A stretch of DNA of 64,000 bases from Blasia pusilla (Eukaryota), in contig CM114271.1 of assembly GCA_050084515.1 (NCBI GenBank), positions 42,222,001-42,286,000 of the forward strand. The letters run 5' to 3'. Positions 50,011 to 63,182 of this stretch are shown in pieces (positions within the stretch are counted from its first letter, which is position 1; every line of letters begins with the position of its first letter). The notes under the pieces are model-generated. The model was not told the DNA's origin and did not search any database. It worked only from the letters and a program-made list of their open reading frames with translations. A program made the translations under genes and the position numbers.

Positions 50011-50504
50011 CAAGGTTGCATGTGGACAAAGTCTGTGTCCATGGACATGTCCATATCCGTGGACTTATATCCGTCCTATGGAAGGACCTGTCCGTATGGG
50101 CCCCACCTTTCCCTTCTTTCTCATTCCCCTTACTTGCCTTCGTGTTCCACACTCCCCCATTTCTTCCTCCCTCCACCTCCACTCCCTCCTCCCTTATTGT
50201 CCTCTCATCCTTGCCTTGCCTTCCATCATGGACTAAAAGTATGGGTCCCACCTCTTGGAACCCCATGTCCGTGGATATTTCCATACTTGTTCGTCTATGT
50301 CCGTCCTAAGGAAGGACTTATCCGTTTTTATGCAACCATGCTTGCGGGCCGCGAGTCTGCCATGCACGGGCCTTAGTCCGTCCAATGGAGGCCCAGCCCG
50401 CCATTTTCGGGCCTCCTCCTGCCATGGTTGCACAAAAACGGACAAGTCCTTCCATAGGACAGACATAAGTCCACGGAAACGGACTTTGTCCAGATGCAAC
50501 CTTG
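50011..50504. mobile_element. Non-autonomous hAT-like element/MITE with terminal inverted repeats
   Basis: Left end CAAGGTTGCATGTGGACAAAGTC; right end GACTTTGTCCAGATGCAACCTTG. Inner inverted matches (gtcctatggaaggac / gtccttccataggac). No 8-bp TSD seen. Confidence 0.75.
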
Positions 50505-50944
50505 CCTCCTGCCCTATAAGCCTAGCTGCGGGCCACAAAACCGATGCAGGCTCAGCCACAGCCCGGGTGCCTCTTAGGGACTTAGCGGGCTCCGGGGACA
50601 GGCTCTGATACGGGCCGTGGATACTTGGGCGGCATGTCCGTGGACATGTCCATTTACATGCAACTTTGTCCCCTTGCTCTTAAAGTAAATCTTTAGAATA
50701 AATCTAATAAAGACTTAGTTATAATCAAGTGCATTAGACACACAAACTAGTATATTTAGTACTCACACAAAGTAAGAAAGCTTAATTTTTGTCAGTTAGT
50801 TAGTTAAGCAAGATTATCATAGTTAGGATTAGTTAACCACACTTAGTATAACTCAAAACTATGGTTAGGATTAGGATTATGTTATTTTTAGCATATTCTA
50901 TATAATTCAAAAGGGGACCATCCTCCATTCATTCTCTCGCCTAA

Positions 50945-53900
50945 ATTTGTTCATTCTTCAAGGTCTTCCAAAAGATTACAAGTCTTTTAAGACCTCTATC
51001 TATGTGAAAGAGAAGTATCCAACCTTTCAAAAGTTAGTCGCATCGTTAATTAGTGAGGAGATGCACCTAATTAGTAGTAGTAGCTCACGTAGTATGCAAG
51101 AGAATATGTTATTTGCATGTAATGGCTCAAATAGAGGCCGAGGTCATGGTAGAAGCTTCCGTGGTCGTGGTGGATAGCAAGCATATGGAGGAAGAGACAC
51201 TCAATACAAATTCACTTAGTCAATTATGAACTAGTATCAAACATAATCATAAGGTGGTAATTGTGGAAAAAATTGGATCGTGATCAACAACAAAGGGTCC
51301 CTAGATCTTGCAATTGTTGTGGGAAAAATAGTCACTATATATATAGTTTTGCTTCAAGAAGAAGGAAAATATGAGAACAAGAGCCTTACAACAACAAAAC
51401 TATGTGGAGCAACAACACCGAGTGTAATAATCATAATAGCAACATAGTGTTGTGATTCACAAATTAAGTATCTCTCAATCATGACTCATTATTTGGGAGC
51501 AATGGTCAAGAAAAATTCCACAACAGATTGGTACATCAAATCACATGATCTCACAAGCTAAATAGTTCAATAGTCTGGAGCCTGTGAAAGATCCTACAAT
51601 ACTGATCACAAGAGATGATACTCAACATCATATCATGCAAACCAGTAAAGTTCCAATAGCATCTGATGGTCTTTTTGGTCTTGGAAATATTCTCTATATT
51701 CATACCATTGCAAGAAATTTAACACTGTAGGACAAATAGTAGAACAAGATTATCATGTGAAGTTTAACATAAATGGGTACTTCATTGAAATCATGGATGA
51801 CCAGACTATGATTGCCAAATTAGATGTTTATTTTCCAAAGATTCAAATAGCAATATATGATCACATTGACTAACAAGTCACAAATCTCAATGTATGGCAT
51901 AAGATAATTGGCCATATAAATCTTCAAAGATTTTAGAGTCTTTCATCATCTAATCTAGTAATAGGACTTCCTAAATTATCGAGTCCTACTATGTTAGAAA
52001 TATACCCTGCTTGCCAATTTGGAAAAAAAGTTAGGTTTCCATTTTCAAAGCAAGATAAAGGAGCATCTAAGATATTAGAGTTGATTCATAATGATGTGTA
52101 TGTGGCTAGCATCACAACATAGTCTCAGTAATTTCCAGTATTTTAATTCATTTATTGATGAATTCTCTAGGTATATATGGATATATTTTTTGGAAGCCAA
52201 ATCAAAAGTATTTTTTCGTGTTCCACACATTAAAATTTTGGTAGAGAAGCAATTTGGACAACACGTTCTCAAATTTCATTGTGATGGAGGAGGAGAAGCT
52301 TTTTCAATAGAGTTTGATGAGTACTTAGTACGTCAAAATGACATCCAATGACAAGTCACTTATCGTTACATTTCATAAAAAAATTAGAGTGGTTGAGCGG
52401 AAGAATCAAGATATAATTGAGGCAATATGTTCTATGTTAAATGAGAAGAATATGCCTAAGGCGTATTGGGAAAAGGTTGTATCGTGCGTAGTCTTCTTGA
52501 TCAACCGAATTCCAACAACAAAACTTCATGATAAAACTTCATTGGAAGTCTTCAGACTCTTCACACAAAGTGAAGTCGATTTTTCATTCCTAAAAATCTT
52601 TGGCTATATTTTTTATGTTCATGTTCTTTGTAAAAGACATCACATATTAGATCTTAAATCTAATAGATGTATCTTCATTGGCAATGTAATATGTTGATGG
52701 AAGTAGGAGGTTGCTTTTGATCAGCTGAAGTCATGACATGCTCCATCTAAGCCTATTCCATCTCTAAACTTGTGTGTTAAGGGGAAGGATATGACTATAA
52801 ATTAAACCAAAAAAAAATTCCTACAAATCCCCCCCAATACTAGTGCAAAGATTAGAAGAGGTCCTAGACTCTCTACTTAAATCTATCAATCTATGATCGA
52901 GAAGCGTACGTATTCAGTCTGTTGACACTATTCATAGCTCAAGTTATATGTCAAAGGCATTCATCTCTCAACAACAACTTTGTAGATCAAGTAGAGTCAT
53001 AGATCTTCCTCATAGATTCATAAATGAAGGATTCTTTGCAACATATCATGCATATATGATGACCAACATTCCAAAACAAGAACCGAGTTGTTTTGAAGAA
53101 GCTGCATGTAAGATCAAATGGATTGAAGTTATGGAGGAAGAGCTTCTTGCATTAAAATATCAATTGACTTGGGAGTTGGTTGATAAAACTTCCGCTAAGG
53201 AAGCTATTGGTTGCAAATGGGTTTACAAAGTCAAGCGCAATCAATATGATACAATGAATAGATACAAGGACTATGCACAATAATATGGCATCAATTATGA
53301 GGAAATATTTAGCCCTGTTGCAAAGATGGTGACTATGAGAATAATGGTTGCAGTTGTAGTAAGTTATAAGTGAAGACTACATTACATTAACCTCAAGAAT
53401 GCCTTCTTGAATTGAGATCTTTGTAAGGACTTATAAGTGGCTCAACCACTTGAATATGAGCATTCAAAGTATCCATTCCGTATATGTAGGTTAAAGAAGC
53501 TCTATACGGGCTTAAGCAAGCCCCAAGAGCTTGGTATGGCGAGATTACATTATCATATAAGAGATTGGCTCTAGAGTTTGTGATTTTAAGAAATCAAGTA
53601 CTTCCTTGGTGTTGAGTTTATTAGGATTGGAGAGAGCATGTGGTTATTATAACAAAAATATGCTCTTCATATGCTTTCAAAATATGGTATGTCGACTTGT
53701 AAGCCAATCTCTAGAGCATTGGACTTGGTGTGAAGCTAAGATGGATAAATGAGTCTAAATTGCTTGCAGATTCTAATATGTATAGACGTATGGTTGGAAG
53801 TTTGATCTAACTCACTATGAGTATGCCAAACTTGAGCTACAAAGTTGGCCTAGTGAGCCAATTCATGAAAGCATCTTGGAAACCTCACCTTGATGTTATG

Positions 53901-54030
53901 AGGAGGATTATGCAGTGTGTTAAATGTTATATTCAGTTTGAGCTTCAATTTGAATCTTCTGTGAGTTTACAATTTCAAGGATTCACAAATGCTAATTGGG
54001 CAAGAAGCGTGTCTGATAAACACTCTACAT
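50945..54030 (+). mobile_element. Highly decayed Ty1/copia internal region
   Basis: ILQGLPKDYKSF (gag), CCHC-like knuckle ~51308, WH..IGH pre-integrase, FIDEFSRYIWIYFL / CDGGGE / VERKN integrase, AIGCKWVYKVK and QAPRAWY RT, FTNANWA RNase H start. Integrase precedes RT, as in copia. Confidence 0.92.
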
Positions 54031-56605
54031 CTTATTACAACAACTCTTCATTGCACATGATGGTCTTGGAATCTCTTAAGGCATCTATTTTAGAATCATC
54101 TCTTCTTCGTCTCCTAATACAATCTCCACATACTCATTCAAATATCAGAGCAATAGATTCTTTGATCCCTAGTCCTTCGTCAACCACAAATAGAAAAGAT
54201 ATGAGCCTACACAACTAACATGGGCATTTTTCTCCAAAAAGTTTATGACTTCTTGTTATATATCTCCCCTAATATACTACCCCTCGTTCACCAGAGTTTC
54301 TTCCTATGCTTCATAAAAAATAAAATTAGATGATAACCACGTACGTACGAAGGCCGGGTAGCTGAGAACATTGCTAGCAATACCTTTACAAAGATCTTGA
54401 AGTCTGCTTCTCATATGTCCTCAACTTCATACAAATTCACCATTTTGGACTTCACTAGATATCTAAAAAGGAACCAAACTCCTTAATCGTCGCTTGAGGT
54501 TTATACACTACTCCTTTGCAGCTCAAATTGTAGACCTCTACCTATAACTCCGCATCCCAACTCTTTGGTTGGTAGCACAATTCCTCCTTTCCTAACTTGA
54601 TTGACTTCATCTTTGAAATCTCTAAGTAATGAGTGAGTCCATATAGGAAATTAAATGCACCTTTCACTCTCAAAAAGTATGCACAATCCCAACTCATCTA
54701 CCTTATGTGCGATTGAAATCCAATCTGTTGAAACATGAATTTTCTTTGACACCAACTTGTATGCAATCCTTTTCCTTGCCGTGTATAAGCTCTCAATCAA
54801 AATAGACCACTACTCTTGTTATTTTCTTCTTGGTGTTTGCAGACTAATGCTTTGCCAACTTCCATTGAGTCGCTTTTCCCTTCCTCTCCTTCATGCTTCC
54901 CTTCCTATTATTAGCCATTGGCATTATTAATCATGTCCCAAATTTCCATCTTCTTCATGACTGTGTTAAACCAACTTGCCCCCTCTTTGTAGCATAGAAT
55001 AGCATAATCCTTAAGAGTTCTTCTCTAAAGTTCTTTGCAAGTCCTTATAATTAACCTCTTCACTCTTATGAGCACTTCTTCCCCATTTCCTGCAAATTTC
55101 TTCTCAGAAACCAAAAAAAACGCTCCACCAATCCACACATCTTTTTTGGTAAGCTCTCTCTAAAGTATCACAATGTCGAATTCATGTTTTTCCTATGTAG
55201 TAACCAAAATCTTGAATATCTTGCTTTAGGATTGAATTTCCTAAAGCTTGCCTATATTTGCTATTGTTGGCCATTGGGTTATTTTGGGTATTGCTTAAAT
55301 TGGAATGTATCATGGGGTTATTTTTCTCTATGGGAAAGAGACAAACTTAACTACTATACCTATTTGAATTTTGATCTAATATGGCATAGACATTCAAGTG
55401 ATTAAATCTTGATGTCTGATTAACCGTGATGTGTAGATACTAGCATATTCTTAGAGTATTAAGATCTATTATTAAGTTGTTCACTTGACATTCAAGAACA
55501 ACGTTGTTGTTCAATATAAGTACGCATTGAAGTATGTTACCATTTGTTGAAAAGGTTATTATCCAAGGATTATAAGATTCTATCTTAGAGGCTATATATG
55601 ATATTATGTATTTAGAACAAACACTACCAAAGACAATTGATCATAACTAAGGATAAACCATTTTTCTTTTCAATGATATGTTTCCTAATACTGTATTAAA
55701 GTCTTTGTATCAAAGGGTCGAGACAATATGGTTTGGAAGGATCATGCACATAATTACACATTGTGTCATCATTTAAATATGGATGGGCAAATAGATCTAA
55801 GCGTAAAAAATATGGTTGGGTTCTTGAGACGTGTGTTGTGTGGGTAATATTGGATATGCTAAGGATATAACTACAATGTTGGTTGGAGAATTTTATTCTA
55901 AAAGATGTCATATGTCATACTTAACAACTTAACAAGGTTACCCTCTCTTGATAGGATTCATACATGATAATGAAGCAAGTACAAATGCATCTCAATAATA
56001 TATTAGTGCCACATTACATGAGGTTGGATATGATAATGATGCTACTGTGAGTTATGAGACCTAATCTCCTAGTAGGGGAATGGTTGGCATTGGTTGTGTG
56101 CTTCTATTTATGTGTGACACTGTAATAATCTCTCGATGCAACACATGTCCCATCAACAATAATATGTGTGGTTAGATATGAACAAGAATGTGAATTCTAT
56201 AGCGGTATATATGCATATGACATATGAATCATATTTAATTGTACAGGTTTCCATTCACGAGGAAGGACTTAAAAAGAGAACTTTCCTCTTATAACAAGAT
56301 CCACATTAATTTTTTCTTAACAATATACTAGTAAGAATGTTTATGGTTAATGAAATGGTATCCTCTTAACACATATTAAGTTTCTTTTGAAATTATCTAT
56401 CATTTTTTTTTAAAAATGAAAATTATTCCAACTTTATGAAAAGGTGAGACACATATCATCATTAAAAATATTGATAATATTTTTTCTATTATGGGTGAAT
56501 TATGAAGTCTTTAATCCATACACAACCACAAGTAATATCATGATCGATAAGAAGGCTTGTATTTGGGAGTAAGAATACCAAATCCACTATATTATATCTA
56601 TATTA

Positions 56606-56799
56606 CTAGTAAGGTGCTCCTGAAATAAAAAAGTGTTTGTAAAGTTAGTGAAGGAAAGAAATTAATGATGGTGCACACAAATTCAGATTTTTTATTTGTT
56701 GCTAGTAACATGTGAAACATTTTCTTATTGTCCAGTTGCCATGTGCCAATCATAAAGGTGTTTGCAAATCAAGAGGACTCTCTCCTATAATAATATAGA
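56606..56799 (-). mobile_element. 194-bp non-autonomous Helitron
   Basis: On the minus strand: A|TCTATATTATT...CACCTTACTAG|T, i.e. TC start, CTAG end, inserted between A and T. The body is homologous to 59840-60120 but lacks the 3' hairpin. Confidence 0.7.
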
Positions 56800-57331
56800 T
56801 TATTGGAGACTTAATTATTTAGCATAGGGCCTCCTTGTGAGGTGCATCTAATAATTTAACTCCATCTACTAATATAGAGAAAAGGTGCAGGAGTATTATG
56901 TAGTAGTATAATGAAAATAATAAATATCCGCCACATCCTAAGACCCCGTTCCTGATATGTGAGCGGATGCTATAGAGAAATCACTCAATTTGAACCATTT
57001 TTTCAAATTCTGTTTAAATTTTTATGGCTTCGAAAAACACATCATTTGGAAGTTTGGAAAGGGTTGCCGGTCATTCCTAATCTTCATCCACCTTTCCTAG
57101 AGTCGGGTCAAGAATCCCCGATACGGGGTCTGTATTGCACACAGGCATAGATATACGTACGTATAATGAGGAGGAGCCTCATGGCAAACGAACTTGTCAA
57201 GTTGCATCAAATCTGATTCACAACAGCGATTGGAATAATATGACGACGTGAACATGGAGCCGAGGTAGGAGTAACGTAATCGTCATGTACTTGAACCGGG
57301 GTAGAGATACTTCCACTCAACTCCTGTAGTA

Positions 57332-58963
57332 CTACGATCGACATTCTACCGTGACTTGCAGCCCTTTCTTCATTTTTATAGTGAACGCAAGATTGTATTG
57401 CACTTGGACATCGGGCGACACTTTGACTTTGAATCGGGACAGAACGGACGCAGCAACGTATTTCATCGTGAGCAAAGCCAAGTCCTTTCCCGGGCATATT
57501 CTGGGACCACAAGAGAAGACGGAAAATTCGAACGGGTCTTTGGGAACGAAAACACCGTTCTGGATCCATCTCTCCGGCTTGAAATCCATGACATCAGGTC
57601 CCCAGATGCTCTCCATTCGTCCCATGGCATAAATATACACGTACACTATATCCCCCTTCCGTACCTTCGTACCATCCGGCAGAACATCGTCAATTGCAGC
57701 TACCCTCCCGCTCACCGGTGTCGGAGCGTACAGTCTCAAGACCTCATGCAACGTTGCTTGCAGGAAGTACATTTTCTTGAGCTCGTCGTAGGTGAATGGT
57801 TGCGGAATTGGGGATAGGTCTGGGGGAGTTCTGGCACTCAAGATGGATTTGATTTCATCGAGAATTTTTAGCTCCACCTGGGATTGAGAGTCCAGCACCC
57901 AAAAGAAGTACGTAAGGGCAGAAGAAGTGGTATCTTTACCGGCCAACAAGACGTTGCACACCATGTCTTTGATCTCGGTGTCCGAAATGAGTTCTTCTTG
58001 TGCTCGAAGGATGTAACGAGACAGATAATCTGAATGCGTGCTGTGATCATGAGATCCGGGCTCCTGTCCTCCTCGATCGTCCTTGGACTCCTCCAGCTGC
58101 AGCAGTTCCTGCTTTCGGGTTTGAATAGTGGACAGGCAGAAGTTTTCTAGCCCCTGAAGAGCTACCTTCAACTTCCTCTCGAACCCAATATTGAGAAATC
58201 TGCACAGCCGCCACAGGAAAGTAGGGACGAAGAATCTCGTGGAGATGTAAACCTTGGCGTCATTTAACGCTCGATAGCACTCATTTTCAGGAAAGGATGG
58301 GTCCACGGCCCCTGGGGCAACGGCAATTGTCATTTCAGAGACGAAGTCAAACCCAAAGCGCACCAGCACATCTTGGAGATCAAAGGTGGAGCTCTTACGA
58401 CCATGGGCGGCGTCAGCGCTGGCAGATGCAGACAGCAGGGGCAGAAGCCTGTTATGTGTTTCGTCTCGCAACAAACCTATCACCACCCTTCGAAGAGAGC
58501 TGGCCGAGAACTCACGGTTGATCATCTGCCTCTGGTGTTTCCAGGCCTCTCCCTCCACGTTCAGAATTCCACTACCCAAGAAATCCCTCAGCGGGAACAA
58601 GAGCGCCTCTCCCTTGGGATATTTGTCAGCGTTGGTCTTGAGAATGTGCTGAACATTCGCGGGATTGGCAGTGGAGATCAACGTCCTCCCAGCCAATTCC
58701 TGGCGCATAGTATTACCTGGAATCTCCTGGAGATAATCAGTAGTCCAGGTATGTATTCTTTGCAGATTCTTCAAGTACTCGATCTGGCATCCCACGAATG
58801 GATAATTAACGGGTCCAGGGTGCGTGCCATTACGAGTCCATGGGCCGTCCTTGGTCCACCACCGGAACACCTCCCACACGACCCAAATTCCAAGAACTCC
58901 CATGATCAAGTCAACCATTCCCGGCCACGAGCTCATAGTCGCGACAATTTTATCGGAGTCCAT
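57332..58963 (-). CDS. Cytochrome P450, CYP86 clan (CYP94/CYP86-like fatty-acid hydroxylase), 543 aa, intronless
   Basis: N-terminal TM anchor, GPVNYPFVG, NVQHILKTN..KYPKG, AGKDTT (I-helix), EVLR (ExxR), FKPERW, and heme motif FSCGPRICPG. Intact ORF. Confidence 0.95.
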   Translation of the reverse strand: MDSDKIVATMSSWPGMVDLIMGVLGIWVVWEVFRWWTKDGPWTRNGTHPGPVNYPFVGCQIEYLKNLQRIHTWTTDYLQEIPGNTMRQELAGRTLISTANPANVQHILKTNADKYPKGEALLFPLRDFLGSGILNVEGEAWKHQRQMINREFSASSLRRVVIGLLRDETHNRLLPLLSASASADAAHGRKSSTFDLQDVLVRFGFDFVSEMTIAVAPGAVDPSFPENECYRALNDAKVYISTRFFVPTFLWRLCRFLNIGFERKLKVALQGLENFCLSTIQTRKQELLQLEESKDDRGGQEPGSHDHSTHSDYLSRYILRAQEELISDTEIKDMVCNVLLAGKDTTSSALTYFFWVLDSQSQVELKILDEIKSILSARTPPDLSPIPQPFTYDELKKMYFLQATLHEVLRLYAPTPVSGRVAAIDDVLPDGTKVRKGDIVYVYIYAMGRMESIWGPDVMDFKPERWIQNGVFVPKDPFEFSVFSCGPRICPGKDLALLTMKYVAASVLSRFKVKVSPDVQVQYNLAFTIKMKKGLQVTVECRS

Positions 58964-59839
58964 GCCCCCACCTGCTGATGAAATCTGACGGAGCGATTTG
59001 TACCTTCACACTTGCTTGAACTAAGAGATGTTGCAAGCCTTCAAGCTGGCATCGTCCCGGACCCACAGGCGGATCCAAAATGAAATCGTGCCTCTGGGTG
59101 ATACTCCGTCGGAATCTAGCTGGGAAATTACATAGGACACAACAGACTATCTAAGCCTTCGAACTGAGAACGAGAGGGTAAGCAGTCCGAACCTGAAACT
59201 GTACGTACGTTTGGATTCTTTGAACTCTGAAACGGAATCGAATTTCAACCGTGTTCGAGCAGGTTCTAATCGGCCAGACACAGTACTCTCTGTAGAACAC
59301 GACTTGTGTTCGGAGTTTTTGTAGCTGACAGTCACGCTCTGGCTTCTTTGTTTGTTCGCGTCGACTTCGCGGGCCAGCATCATTGCGAGCTCACACACAC
59401 ACAATCGCGGTCTCGTTTCTGTGTTCGTGGGACGTCATCATTTCGAGCTCCAATGTACTCATTATACTCATTTTGCTCTACCCGGATTTCCACAGAACCG
59501 GTACATTCCAGGTATTTCAATGGTGGTCGGCTATGTGATAACAAAATAATACCAGGTCAACACGTAATACCGAACGTTGATTCTGCTTCATGAGAGGACA
59601 ACTCATGCATTAACTGGATCAAAAGAGCAAGCTCAGTCATCCATTATTCGTGAGTCTACCGGAATGAGACAGGAATTCTGACACGCGTAAATTTTCCATC
59701 GCGTCTTTCCCAAAAAATCATCACAAGTGCGCGATGCTCGCTCCTTTGACGCCACGGAACTGGTGTTCTCACACTTTACACTTTAGTGTGCACCAGGAAA
59801 TAGAACCTGCTCGGATCATCGTAGCCCGGGTAATCATTA

Positions 59840-61530
59840 CTAGTAAGGTGCCGTGCCATGCACGTGGTGAAAGGGCCAATCACATGGATTTAACTTCATC
59901 AAATTATTTATTTATATTATGTTTTTACTGTAGTAATTATTTTCCATAGTAAGGTTTCATGCAATGTGTTTAAGTTATAAATAAAAGTGTTTAGTATTGC
60001 AAGTCCGTCAAAAGAAGAAATTAATTATGCCGGCATACAAATTCAATTTTTTTCTAGTTGGTTTTTATAATGCGAAATATTTTCACTTGTCAAACATAAA
60101 AGTGTTTACAAATTAAGATGGCCATATAGATTTGATTTATTTGAATGTGTATTATTTTCAATATAATATGGATGTAATTTTTTTTCCAATTTTGGATAAT
60201 GTTATATATAATTGATCATATATGAAGATCTTAAATTTATTTCCAATTATAATGTGGATAGAATCTTTTTTCTAGTTTAGATATTGTTATGTACAATTCA
60301 ACATGTGAAAAGATCTTGAGACTTCTTAATATAAAGTCATAGTTAAAGCTCGATGAATAAGGCATTGAAACCTATGTAATTCAAAAGGTAAATCGAAGTC
60401 AAATGCGATCAATGCAATGTGCATGATGAGCTCACCAATCTTCAAACACAAATGATGTGGAAGTAGTGCAGAAGGAAAACATGTGTCTTAGAACTCGATT
60501 GGTTATATACGACTCATGCCCTCATTCAGAACGGAGTCAACATTGAGGTAAATGTGCTCTTGTACACAATCATATCCATTACATAAGTAAAATGAAGGAC
60601 TTATGATACACCAATCCTAAAGAAATTGGTAATTGTAAGCAAAAGGAAAGTAAAAATATGAAATAACAATTCCCTCTCTCAAAAATTGAAACATCACATC
60701 ATCATTAATATCATTAACATCTCTTTTGACCATTGGTTGAAAACTGATGATGCACTAACCATTTAATTTGACGGTAATTGTAAGAAGCCACCTCTAATAA
60801 CCAATTAGCAAAAGTTTCTTGTTGAGCTTGCATATGACCTTCCAACCTTTGAACTTACATGTTTGTCGTCAACTTCATAATCTTCACATTAGACCATAGA
60901 CATAATCTATTTATAGTGGCTTGGATGATTTGTGGACAATCCCATGATGAAAAAAAGGCAATACTAGAAAAAATTCACCACCAAATATCATGAGTTTTCT
61001 GCCAAATAGTATTTGCCATTGATCCAAAGAGACCACTCCCATGATATCTTGGAAAGAGTGATTTATTGCCTCAAACGCGTAAAGATGATTCATATATGCT
61101 TCATTGCATATAATGAGCATTACAGCATGGATCACTGTATAACTATTGACCAATAAACTATAAATAACACATGGACATAAATTAGAAGTTATAACACTAA
61201 GAGGGATGAAAGAATATGAATGAATATTCTCATGATAGAAATTGGAGTTATGAATAAAGGAATGCTTATGTGAAAGTAGAACTCTCATGAATGTTGATTG
61301 AATTGTTCAAGCATGAATGTGCGATACATCCTTCATCTAATAAAAGAGCAATTATTCTGGATGATGCCACAACCAAAGCTATACCTCTTACACTTCGTAC
61401 ATTTGCAAGGAGAAGATTAAATAGAAAGGTCTTTTGAGTTCTACTTGGGGCGTGTTTGTTGTTGGAGATGCATGGTGGTCTATTTAAGAAAATTCGATCA
61501 AACTCATCATGTATAGCGTCCCAAAGAACA
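59840..61530 (-). mobile_element. Helitron remnant: PIF1 helicase fragments and canonical 3' end
   Basis: KTFLFNLLLANVRSVRGIALVVASS..ALLL..AHS and FEAINHSFQDIM..FGRKLMIFGGEF..VLP. 3' hairpin CGTGC-ATG-GCACG (59852-59864) followed by CTAG|T at 59843-59840. Confidence 0.88.
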
Positions 61531-63182
61531 TGTTGCTTCTACCTATCGGCTACATCTTAGTAGCCGATAGGTAGAGATATATTGGGGCAACGACATAGAG
61601 AGCCAACCAAATGTCTTGAGTGTAACTTTGTCCCAAGCTATTAGATGAGATTGAGGATAGGCCCATTCTGTCAGGATTGTTGTTTCTAACAACTTTCTTG
61701 TTTTGGTCTTTTACAATCAAGTGACTTGTTGAGCAGGTTACCAAGAGGATTGCTATTTTTAGGGGAAGAGCCTTTTGGCTCTTCCCAAACCTATATAAGG
61801 GAGGAAGATGGCTTGCCCAAGCCATCTTTCTCATGTTGGGTCATTGGTGCATCTCTCTAGCTCGTGTGTGAGGTAGAAACTAGGGTGCTAGCATGTGGAT
61901 TCCCTCATAGAAGAGGGTGCATAAGGCTCAATATGCCAATGTAGATTCAAGAGTGGAGTTTTAGGCCAAGTGTGCCGTTTTTACTTTGACTTTTACATGA
62001 TAAAGATGCGAGGGGGCAGGGGGGATTTGTTGTTTGCAAGTAGGCAAGCCAATTGCCTTGGTTGGGAGCCCTTGGAGACACTAGTTGGAGTTTTCTTTAT
62101 TAGTTTTTTGTTTGGAAGGTCGTGCGTGGAAGCGCTGTCCATTTTTCGTAGATTTCAACGATATTGATTGTGAAGAGAAAGCAGTAGAGTGTAGCACGGA
62201 GTGTGGCGGCAAGTGTAGCCTCATCAAATAGCGGGAATGTCATGAGTGTCGAAAAGGAGAGTCACATCTTGCAATCGTTGGGGGTCTATTTAGTAAACCA
62301 GTTGGGCTTGGTTACAAGATTGTATCTAGTGCAGGTCCAGGCAGAAGAGAGAAAGCAGGAGATCCAAGGGAGCCCGGATCGAGTGAGGACACGGAGGTAG
62401 CCATGGTTATGATAGACAGAGGCCCGAGGTCGTAGAGAGTGTAAAAAATGGGGCCAAGTGTGAAAGAAGGGAGTTGGGAGCGTTCAGCTTCAAGTGGGGT
62501 TGAGAGGAATTCAGGTTCGGGTTTCCTAGGTACGTGTAAGTCTGAGGGTATAGCAAGCATATGGAGCCATGTCCATAAGGATGCGTGCCAAGCTAAGAAT
62601 TTGGATTGAGGCGCACCCATGTAGAGAGAAGAATGGACAAAGAAGCAACTAGGTTAGGCTGTAGAAGCTCAAAGAAAGGGGCGCGAAAAGGCCATGTGGG
62701 GTCACCGTACCCGGCCACACATGGCAGCATGCATGGAGTAGGCGCGCCCACGGGGTTAAGGAGGAACTACGTTATTAACAACTAGAAAGAAGCTAAAGGG
62801 CATCGTAAATAAGAGGTGTGCGCGTGTAGATAGAGGTCCTGGCCCATTTGTAAAACAAGTAGCCGAAGTTGGGAAGGAGGAGACGAGTACATGTGGAGAG
62901 AGTGGGTTGCATATGCCTTTGTATAGGGAGGCGTGTCCACACCACACGTGGAAAAAGCTACGGACGTAATTGATAGCCGTAAAGTTGGGAAGAAAGAGGG
63001 GTTTTGCCTAGGGATGAAAAGAGAGAGCCATTATGGCTTGTAAGAGAAGACGTGTGCCTAAGGAAGCACAATATGCGGGAGTTTGGGGCCGAGAAAGGCA
63101 GAGCTGGGAGAGCACGGATGAGTTGGGGGTGGAGATAATAAAGGAACACCCAAAGGAGATAGCCACGAGCTACAGGGAACGG

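Noticed and set aside
61550-63180. Coding or LTR assignment for this segment (likewise 5060-5900 and 54050-56300)
   Set aside because: Looks repeat-derived, but no motif could be recognised with confidence.
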